A stretch of DNA of 43,027 bases from an uncultured Hyphomicrobiales bacterium. Lineage in GTDB: Bacteria; Bacteroidota; Ignavibacteria; Kapaibacteriales; UBA2268. The stretch lies in assembly GCA_964511865.1 (NCBI GenBank), contig CAZEHW010000003.1, positions 1 to 43,027 of the forward strand. The letters are read 5' to 3'. This document shows, one piece after another, positions 36,177 through 43,027 of this stretch. The notes under the pieces were generated by a model that did not search any database, was not told where the DNA came from, and saw only the letters and a list, made by a program, of their open reading frames with translations. Each line of letters begins with the position of its first letter. Positions within the stretch are counted from its first letter, which is position 1. A program made the translations under genes and the position numbers.

Positions 36177-37469
36177 ATGATTTCATTGCATTTTTATCTT
36201 GATAAACCAAACGAGACAAAGTCGTCAATTGTTCTTTCGGCTTCATTTAGAGGACAAAGATTTAAATTATCGACAAAAATCAGCATTGATAATACTTCAA
36301 AAAATGAAATATGCTCAAAACTCTGGAACCCAAAAAACCAAAGATTAAAAAAAAGTGCAATAGGTTCTTTAGAATATAATTTTAAACTTGATAACTTGCA
36401 AGCCAGGATAAATGCGCTATATATTAAATCCCTTAAAATGAATCCCAAAGAACAGAAAAAATTTCTTATTAATCAAATCAAAATTCTTCTTAATCCGGAA
36501 AACGGTGGTCTTAATAATGAAATAAATTCTGATAATATGTCCCTTACAGAACATTTCGAAGATATGATTAATAAAAGAAAAGCCGGAATGGAAATAAGCA
36601 TACAAACCGGCTTGCCCTTCGGTACCGAAGTTAACAAAGCTTATCAAACTACTCTTAACCATATTAGAGAATTTGAAATAGAACAAGGATTGAAACTTGA
36701 TTTCGAAGATATTGATGAGGTCTTTTATCAGGATTTTATCAAATTTTTACTGAAAAAGGAATTGGCAAATAATACAATAGGAAAACATGTAAAAAATTTA
36801 AAGGTCTTCATGCGAAGAGCAGTAAAAAAAGAACTGACGGACAATATAAAATTTCTGGATTATAAAGTAATAGATGAAGACATTAATTCTTTTGCATTAG
36901 ACATGGATGAGTTAAAGAAAATAAAAGACCTCGATTTAAGCAGTAATGAGAAACTTGCTAAAGCCAGAGACCTTTTTCTTATTGAAAGTTTTACTTGCTT
37001 ACGATATAAAGATTTGTTCAATCTTAGTCTGGAACATATTGATTTAAAGAATCAAACAATTACTGTTCTTGTTCGAAAAACCAAGAAATATGCAGTTATT
37101 CCAATCCTACCTTTTATCAAAACGATATTTGAAAAATATAATTATAAGTTACCAAAAATGGTTATTCATACTTATAATAAACTAATCAAAATAATTGCTA
37201 AAATGGCAGGTTTAGATGATATGATTGAAATCGTAAGATATAGCGGTAACAGACGAAGAGAGTCAAGATATCCAAAATATCAATTAATTACTTCAACAAC
37301 CGCCCGATACTCATATATAACAAATTGCATAAGAAATAATTTACCGGCACAAATGATAATGCAAACAACAGGACATGTCAAATTAGAAAATTTTCTCCGC
37401 TATGAAAAAATGGTAAAAACCGAGGGAGCCGAAAGAGTAAGAGATGCTTTTAAGGATGTGGAGTTTTGA
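36177..37469 (+). CDS. Tyrosine recombinase / phage-type integrase (Bacteroidota-style, N-terminal arm-binding + SAM-like + catalytic domain)
   Basis: 'ISLHFYLDKPNETKSSIVLSASFRGQRFKLST' resembles the arm-binding N-terminus of Bacteroidetes integrases. 'LFLIESFTCLRYKDL' (catalytic R). 'TARYSYITN...MQTTGHVKLENFLRYEK' (R, H, Y). ATG 36177 is preferred over TTG 36162. Confidence 0.88.
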   Translation: MISLHFYLDKPNETKSSIVLSASFRGQRFKLSTKISIDNTSKNEICSKLWNPKNQRLKKSAIGSLEYNFKLDNLQARINALYIKSLKMNPKEQKKFLINQIKILLNPENGGLNNEINSDNMSLTEHFEDMINKRKAGMEISIQTGLPFGTEVNKAYQTTLNHIREFEIEQGLKLDFEDIDEVFYQDFIKFLLKKELANNTIGKHVKNLKVFMRRAVKKELTDNIKFLDYKVIDEDINSFALDMDELKKIKDLDLSSNEKLAKARDLFLIESFTCLRYKDLFNLSLEHIDLKNQTITVLVRKTKKYAVIPILPFIKTIFEKYNYKLPKMVIHTYNKLIKIIAKMAGLDDMIEIVRYSGNRRRESRYPKYQLITSTTARYSYITNCIRNNLPAQMIMQTTGHVKLENFLRYEKMVKTEGAERVRDAFKDVEF

Positions 37470-37528
37470 GAAATTTACATTAGCTTGATGAAAAATATTA
37501 AAAAAAGCATTATCATATATGACATTTT

Positions 37529-38041
37529 TTAATATATTATATCAATCTTTACCCTGCTCAAGCCAAGGATCTTTAATCCGATACCTGATGCAACATTTTC
37601 ATGCTGTAAAGGCCACCATCTTTCAATATAATGGTATATGCCATCTCTTAATCCCTCAATTACCCAAGTTGAACCGTCTAAACCGATTGGATATGGATTT
37701 TTTGTAGGAGTATTCTAAAAATCATATTTATCAATTACATTAAATAAATTATAAATATTAGGTGGAAAAAGTTTAAGATGACTGTCAATGACAATGCAAT
37801 CTTCAGTTATGGGTTTTACTTTGCTAAATTTTTGAAAATACAATTCGCCATAATCATTTTCCAAGATATTAATTGTTATTACTATCATATCATGAAAACT
37901 TCGGTCCCAAATAAAACGGTATTGATGTTTTTTGCTATCCGACTGTTCTTCAAATATTGATTTCTGATTTAATTTTGATAAAAATGTAGAATTATACTTT
38001 TCAAACATACTGTCTATTATATTTTTGGGAAAGTATTGCAT
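37529..38041 (-). pseudogene. Paralogue of the 39336-39845 gene, interrupted by a single in-frame TAG (37715-37717)
   Basis: The 108-aa ORF ends ...NVIDKYDF*. The same frame continues NTPTKNPYPIGLDGSTWVIEGLRDGIYHYIERWWPLQHENVASGIGLKILGLSRVKIDIIY* (stop 37529-37531). The paralogue has TGG (W) where this copy has TAG (plus-strand T at 37716 versus C). Confidence 0.75.
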
Positions 38042-38379
38042 CTGGGTTTCTCCATAAGAATTTTTAATTAAGGTAAAATGGTCAAAATATTATTAACTTA
38101 TAGTATAAGCGAAAATTAATATGGTTGGATCCCCAAAAAGACATGTCTCGCCAATACCACATCTGTCTTATTTTTTGTTTGGTGGAATTTTAAAAATATA
38201 AATATTAATGTAACTATTCTATATTATAAGAAGTTAAATTATTGTAGTTTTTACTTATTTTCATCAGATTTTCATGATATTGTTCAAAAAAAGTCTGTTA
38301 TATTGGTTTTACTGATAGTTTTTTTTATTTTTGTATAAGAATTATCATTTTTTTTTACTTATAATTTGAAATTTAACAT

Positions 38380-39165
38380 TTGAATAATTTAGAATTTATC
38401 ATAGGTTTAAAATTCTTCCAAAAGGGAAAATTTAATCATGCAATTAATGCTTTTAAGAAGTCTATTGAAAAAAATCCAAAAAACGCAGACTCTTACAACC
38501 ATATTGGTCTCTGTTATGATTGTATTTCCAAACATGATTTAGCAATTGAATATTTTAATAAAGCATCTGTAATTTGTTTAGAATTTAATGATTTTATAAG
38601 TTCATGTAGAATGAAAGTTCACATGGCTGATAGTATGATTAAATCATCGCTTTATAATGAGGCAGAAGTCATAATTACGAAAATTTTGAACTCTGATGTT
38701 AATTCTTTAGTTAAAGCACAAGCTTTTACAATATTGATAAACTCATTAATTCTTCAAAAGAAATATAACTATGCTTTGCAAAAATTAAAGGAGGAAGGAT
38801 TACGATATATTATTGCTCTTCAAGACAATAAAGATAATTTCGGCGTCGGAATATTTTCAATGTTAAGAGCCAGAGTTTACACTGCATTATTTAATTCAGA
38901 TAATGCTTTACTAAGTTTTGAAACAGCAAGATACTTGCTAAAAGGAAATAAATCGGCTATTGCAGAGTTAGATAATAATTATGGTGAATTTCTTTTACTA
39001 GAGAATAATCCAAAAGAAGCTTTAAGATATTTTAAAAATAGTTGGAAATATTTCAAAAAGCATAATCCAAGTTATTCAATAAATGTTATCAAAAATTTAT
39101 CTGTAGCTTATCGGAAAATTGGTAATGAAAAAAAATCAGATTATTGGATGAAATTACTCGATTAA
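38380..39165 (+). CDS. TPR-repeat protein
   Basis: 'FFQKGKFNHAINAFKKSIEKNPKNADSYNHIGLCYDCISKHDLAIEYFNKA' is a clear TPR pair, and further TPR-like helices run to the C-terminus. The start is uncertain (TTG 38380, no in-frame ATG nearby). Confidence 0.65.
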   Translation: MNNLEFIIGLKFFQKGKFNHAINAFKKSIEKNPKNADSYNHIGLCYDCISKHDLAIEYFNKASVICLEFNDFISSCRMKVHMADSMIKSSLYNEAEVIITKILNSDVNSLVKAQAFTILINSLILQKKYNYALQKLKEEGLRYIIALQDNKDNFGVGIFSMLRARVYTALFNSDNALLSFETARYLLKGNKSAIAELDNNYGEFLLLENNPKEALRYFKNSWKYFKKHNPSYSINVIKNLSVAYRKIGNEKKSDYWMKLLD

Positions 39166-39335
39166 TTTTAACTTTATGCGAAAATGCCATAATCAACTAT
39201 TCCTTTCTAATAAAACCAATAAGCTGATTTTAAAGTAATTTTAATTACATTGAATAAATGTATCAATTTTAAGTATCTTCAAATGAAATTAAAAAATAAT
39301 AATCATTGCACATTAGGTCCAGATTTTTGAATCTA

Positions 39336-39845
39336 CTAATATATTATATCAATCTTTACCCTGCTCAAGCCAAGCATCTTTAATCCGATACCTGATGCTA
39401 CATTTTCATGCTGTAATGGCCACCATCTTTCAATATAATGGTATATGCCATTTCTTAATCCCTCAATTACCCAAGTTGAACCGTCTAAACCGATTGGATA
39501 TGGATTTTTTGTAGGAGTATTCCAAAAATCATATTTATCAATTACATTTAATAAATTATAAATATTTGGAGGAAAAAGTTTAAGATGACTGTCAATGACA
39601 ATGTCATCTTCAGTTATGGGTTCTAATTTACAGAATTTTTGAAAATGCAATTCGCCATAATCATTTTCCAGGACATTAATTGTTATTACTATCATATCAT
39701 GAAAAGTACGTTCCCAAATAAAGCGGTATTGATGAATACTACTATCTGAAGATTTATCTTCGAGTGAATGATAACCCAATTTTGATAAAATTTCTGAATA
39801 GTAACGTCCCTTATAATCCCAATCACTAATTGGTAAAGTTATCAT
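39336..39845 (-). CDS. Hypothetical protein (169 aa), last gene of the island operon; intact paralogue of 37529-38041
   Basis: ORF with a conserved block 'HQYRFIWERTFHDMIVITINVLENDYGELHFQKF...FWNTPTKNPYPIGLDGSTWVIEGLRNGIYHYIERWWP'. No motif I can assign. It lies 33 nt downstream of the preceding gene. Confidence 0.75.
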   Translation of the reverse strand: MITLPISDWDYKGRYYSEILSKLGYHSLEDKSSDSSIHQYRFIWERTFHDMIVITINVLENDYGELHFQKFCKLEPITEDDIVIDSHLKLFPPNIYNLLNVIDKYDFWNTPTKNPYPIGLDGSTWVIEGLRNGIYHYIERWWPLQHENVASGIGLKMLGLSRVKIDIIY

Positions 39846-39878
39846 CGGAATCCTTCATAAAAATTTCATTTAATTCTT

Positions 39879-40217
39879 TCACTGCAGTTTCCATATATCC
39901 CAAAAGCAAGCATTCTTCTCATCATAATATCTTTCTCTGTTGTCAATAATCTCAAAGGATTTCATTTTACCAGCTTTCATGGTTATATGAATTTCTTCTT
40001 CGAATATGGCATGGAAACCGGAATTTATTTTCTTCAGTATTTTACCTTTTGGTAATTTTAATGTTCCTGAAAACCAATTTGCAAATAATGGCTCAAATAT
40101 GTTCAAACCAAAAACTCCCTTTATATTTCTTAAATACAACTTATCAACTTTTAACTCCCATATTCCTGTATATTGTCTATAGAATTGTTTGTGTTCAAAA
40201 ATACCTGTAGTGAACAT
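39879..40217 (-). CDS. Hypothetical protein (112 aa), paralogue of the C-terminal two-thirds of the 151-aa protein
   Basis: 'YTGIWELKVDKLYLRNIKG...FANWFSGTLKLPKGKILKKI...FEEEIHITMKAGKMKSFEIIDNRE' aligns with 'YIGTWEIKDDRLFLVDIIG...FADWYSGTLKILKGELLKYI...YEEEIHIVIEKGFVQSIAIIDNRD'. Confidence 0.7.
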   Translation of the reverse strand: MFTTGIFEHKQFYRQYTGIWELKVDKLYLRNIKGVFGLNIFEPLFANWFSGTLKLPKGKILKKINSGFHAIFEEEIHITMKAGKMKSFEIIDNRERYYDEKNACFWDIWKLQ

Positions 40218-40226
40218 TTTGTCGGT

Positions 40227-40358
40227 TTATTTTACTAATTTATTAACATAATCAGCATTTTTTATTTTATCCGGAATACTAATCATTAATGTGCTTTTGT
40301 TGTTCACAATCAATATTTCTTTAAACTGCATTAATATCTTATTTTCCTGTTCACTCAT
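40227..40358 (-). CDS. Candidate 43-aa ORF filling the gap between the phosphatase and the 112-aa gene (below the ORF-track cutoff)
   Basis: ATG 40358 lies 11 nt after the phosphatase stop and is preceded by AAGGA. MSEQENKILMQFKEILIVNNKSTLMISIPDKIKNADYVNKLVK*. The stop is at 40227-40229, 9 nt before the next ATG (40217). Confidence 0.35.
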   Translation of the reverse strand: MSEQENKILMQFKEILIVNNKSTLMISIPDKIKNADYVNKLVK

Positions 40359-40369
40359 TGTTGTATCCT

Positions 40370-40966
40370 TCATAAAAACTTATTACGCCATTCTCTCTTT
40401 TCAATTGAACGGATATTAGGTTCTTCTTTGATTTCTTCGAGATATTTCATCATATAAATTAACTCGTAGTCTTCCGGGTTACCTTCAAAATTTTCTATGT
40501 GTATCACATTCCCATAATTTTTTTGGTGACAAATTAATGTATTATCTATGACAATAACATTTTTTAAGTCATACCCTTTTCTTTTAACCTTTCTCAGGTT
40601 TTTTAATTGGACAGGTCCTGAGAAATAAGAACTGTATCTGTCTTTTTCTGAAATTCTGGTTGTACACTTTTTTCTTCCCCATATAAAAAGAAGTTTCCCG
40701 GTATCAGGAAAAATCTCTCTGACAACATGTTCAACATATTCCTCCGAGGCAGAAGACCAAACTGCAACCTGAAAATTAATCAGACAATATTCCAGAAACT
40801 GTTTAAGAAAAGGTCTTTTATAAACATAATATCTTTCAAACATAAAATCATGCTTATTACCATTTTTTGGGGTAATTGTTGAAGCATGAATCAATGTTTC
40901 ATCAAGGTCTAATATCAACAGTTTTTTATTGATTGCCGTTTCCATTTCATTACTTTTCAAATTCAT
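40370..40966 (-). CDS. HAD-superfamily phosphatase of the FCP1/NIF (CTD-small-phosphatase-like) type
   Basis: DxDxT motif in 'KKLLILDLDETLIHAS'. 'YVYKRPFLKQFLEYCLINFQVAVWSSASEEYVEHV' (motif II S/T). 'LKNVIVIDNT' (motif IV). 198 aa with no cap insertion, as in NIF-type phosphatases. Confidence 0.75.
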   Translation of the reverse strand: MNLKSNEMETAINKKLLILDLDETLIHASTITPKNGNKHDFMFERYYVYKRPFLKQFLEYCLINFQVAVWSSASEEYVEHVVREIFPDTGKLLFIWGRKKCTTRISEKDRYSSYFSGPVQLKNLRKVKRKGYDLKNVIVIDNTLICHQKNYGNVIHIENFEGNPEDYELIYMMKYLEEIKEEPNIRSIEKREWRNKFL

Positions 40967-40997
40967 ATTTTAATGAACTCAACAGGAAATATTTTTT

Positions 40998-41453
40998 TCA
41001 TTCCAATTTCCTCCAATCCCAAATCTTCAAATTTAATAATTCTTTCTTATCTCTGTTATCTATAATCGCTATTGATTGAACAAACCCTTTCTCAATCACA
41101 ATATGGATTTCTTCCTCGTAAATGGAATAAAATTCCATGTGAATATACTTCAATAATTCCCCTTTAAGTATTTTTAATGTTCCTGAATACCAATCTGCAA
41201 ATATTAGTTCTTTCTGAGTCTTTTTAAATATCCCGATAATATCTACAAGAAATAATCTATCATCTTTAATTTCCCAAGTACCGATATATCTTCTCCAGCA
41301 AGCCGTTGAAAAGATAATACCTCTGACGAATTGCTCCTTTTCATCATCACTAACAATTTCAATGAAATCCGAATCCTCTGGAATTTCGGGAGTACAAGCC
41401 AATGAGTATTCTTTGCCATTCATCTTTAATATTTCGTGCACTTGTGCTGTCAT
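40998..41453 (-). CDS. Hypothetical protein (151 aa), paralogue of the 112-aa protein with an extra N-terminal region of about 45 aa
   Basis: ORF in operon context, 31 nt upstream of the phosphatase gene. See the alignment with 39879-40217. Confidence 0.75.
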   Translation of the reverse strand: MTAQVHEILKMNGKEYSLACTPEIPEDSDFIEIVSDDEKEQFVRGIIFSTACWRRYIGTWEIKDDRLFLVDIIGIFKKTQKELIFADWYSGTLKILKGELLKYIHMEFYSIYEEEIHIVIEKGFVQSIAIIDNRDKKELLNLKIWDWRKLE

Positions 41454-41587
41454 AATATATTCAACATTATTCTCCTTTCATCCATCAGTAATTTTAAATC
41501 TAATTTTTAAAGATACTGTTCCTGTTGAAAATTATATTTTCTGGAATTAAATTAAATTTCCATAATATATTTTTAAGATAATTATTT

Positions 41588-43027
41588 TTATTTAAACTTG
41601 ATTCCAAAAAAACATTGGCTACCACTAGATTTATGATTTTTAATTATTTTTGATTTTATCTTAACATTGTCTTCGGAAAACCAAAGTATATCCATGAAAG
41701 GTCTATTATTTCTATTTTTCTGAACAGTTTTCAAATCAATTCCAAAAATTGCACATACTAATGACTCATTTGGAGAATCTGATATACCCATATATTCTTC
41801 TGGAAAATAAAATGATATACTATCAATACCTTTATCTCTCAAATATTCAGAGTAACATAATGCAGCATCCTCAAAAAGAAAGAGGGTTAATTCATTGGAA
41901 GCTAAATTGCTAATTGGGATAGATCCCTGATATTTATTAATTTTCATTACTCTTCTCTGCTGAGGACTTTTATTTTTATCTTCCTCCAAAGCTGTTAATA
42001 TCTCATTTAATGAAATATTATCCATTCTTAAATTGTTTACAAAACCAAAGTTTTCAAATTTTATAAAACGATTAAGATTTTCAAATTTAATTCTTGGATT
42101 AAAACCTGCTTTAACAATTACAGAATTATTATCATCTAAATATAAAATTCCTTCACCAACCCAATTGCCTTCATGAATTTCTTTAATATTTTTTGATTTC
42201 ATTCTTGCAAAAGCCATTTCTTTTATACTTGCTATTTTAAAACCACTATCTGAAAACCTTTTTAAACAATAATCTAGGTCAGATGTTCTTATCATCCATA
42301 ATTTAGGATCTGTACAAATAATATTGAAATCAGAATAATTAATTACGGAATAAATTGAAATTGTTCTATCACGAAAATTATTATTATCAATATCATCAAC
42401 AGATATAACATAATCATAATTGTTTTTACTTAATATTTCACCGATAGTTGTACCAGTAAGAGATTTTATATTATTCCCAGTTATTCCATACCATTGCCAA
42501 ATAGTTGTTTCTTGTCCATAATTAGATCCGCTCGGAAAGCAACCAAGAATGTCATCGTTAATTTTAAGTTCACGTATTCCAAAAATATCTCTTTCAGATC
42601 CAAGAATGAGTGTTTCTAAAAAAGGATATTTTGAAAGCCATTCCAATAATGCTATTTGAGATTTATTTTTATCACCTTCTGAATTATTGTTGTTATCAAA
42701 AAATGTATATTTATCACTCCATAATTTAATTTTTTCTTTCATGGTCTTTTGTCTTTCATCTTTTATTTTATTATCTGGAATTTTAATTTTTTGATCAATA
42801 TTTTGTTTACAATGCTTATTTAATTGTTCACTTGCTGATTCAAAACCAAGTTCTAGTGCTTGTTTCCAATCAGAACAAGCTTCTTCATCAGTCCCTAAAG
42901 CAAAATAGTATTTTAATACTCCACGCTCATAGTATGCTTCTCCCTGATTTGAATTAATCTTGATTGCTTGGTTATAATCTTCAAGTGCATCCTCAAATTT
43001 CATTATTTTACTTTCCGCATATCCTCT
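41588..43027 (-). CDS. TPR-containing protein with an unrecognisable C-terminal region of about 390 aa; 5' end probably outside the window
   Basis: 'FEDALEDYNQAIKINSNQGEAYYERGVLKY...ACSDWKQALELGFESASEQLNKHC' are TPR motifs. The frame stays open upstream of the ATG at 43003 (RGYAESKI-M...) and still reads like a TPR helix. The protein is therefore likely longer than 471 aa. Confidence 0.7.
   Translation of the reverse strand, partial: RGYAESKIMKFEDALEDYNQAIKINSNQGEAYYERGVLKYYFALGTDEEACSDWKQALELGFESASEQLNKHCKQNIDQKIKIPDNKIKDERQKTMKEKIKLWSDKYTFFDNNNNSEGDKNKSQIALLEWLSKYPFLETLILGSERDIFGIRELKINDDILGCFPSGSNYGQETTIWQWYGITGNNIKSLTGTTIGEILSKNNYDYVISVDDIDNNNFRDRTISIYSVINYSDFNIICTDPKLWMIRTSDLDYCLKRFSDSGFKIASIKEMAFARMKSKNIKEIHEGNWVGEGILYLDDNNSVIVKAGFNPRIKFENLNRFIKFENFGFVNNLRMDNISLNEILTALEEDKNKSPQQRRVMKINKYQGSIPISNLASNELTLFLFEDAALCYSEYLRDKGIDSISFYFPEEYMGISDSPNESLVCAIFGIDLKTVQKNRNNRPFMDILWFSEDNVKIKSKIIKNHKSSGSQCFFGIKFK

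Larger units (their letters stand above)
35725..43027. mobile_element. Putative integrated element / recombinase-associated island (right end outside the window)
   Basis: It begins where the propeller gene is truncated. It has a tyrosine recombinase at its left end, repeated TCGGACA motifs next to the recombinase, duplicated genes, a nonsense-mutated paralogue and genes of unrecognisable function. It is visibly more AT-rich than the chaperone and ATPase regions. Confidence 0.5.

Noticed and set aside
37519-37707. 62-aa plus-strand ORF downstream of the integrase
   Set aside because: It is antisense to the clearly conserved 3' part of the nonsense-interrupted paralogue (37529-37714), so it is a shadow ORF.

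Overview
AT-rich window from a bacterium that looks like an FCB-group member (Bacteroidota/Ignavibacteriota-like). The lineage call rests on three secreted proteins ending in T9SS-type C-terminal sorting domains, a CarboxypepD_reg-type TonB-dependent receptor, and 'cttcgttcagaatgaca'-type intergenic repeats. The window is a mosaic of three kinds of region. (1) Housekeeping genes: a two-TM RCK potassium channel, hrcA-grpE-dnaJ (no dnaK between them and no CIRCE operator visible), a class V aminotransferase, a mannose-1-P guanylyltransferase, a P-type cation ATPase, HtrA/DegP, a LolE-like permease and a TonB-dependent receptor. (2) Accessory/defence genes: an AAA/DUF4143 ATPase bracketed by four copies of one palindrome, a decayed HEPN gene, an McrBC type IV restriction pair whose McrB carries an unusually long multi-module N-terminus, a secreted NucA-like nuclease and a HEPN-MNT pair. 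(3) From about 35.7 kb to the window end, a tyrosine-recombinase-associated island that appears to interrupt a propeller-protein gene. The island carries duplicated genes, one of them inactivated by a single TGG->TAG change. It also carries a tightly packed minus-strand operon (39336 to beyond 43027) of proteins I cannot assign to any family, built around an FCP1/NIF-type HAD phosphatase. This operon is my best candidate for an undescribed system, either an immunity/conflict cassette array or a phosphatase-based system. Other non-coding structure includes a 14-unit 8-bp tandem repeat upstream of hrcA, polypurine (GGGAGAA)n tracts just downstream of stop codons, a five-hairpin cluster downstream of mcrC, and 125-bp direct repeats flanking the TonB receptor. 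No rRNA, tRNA or CRISPR array was seen. Every homology statement comes from motif recognition by eye. No searches were run.
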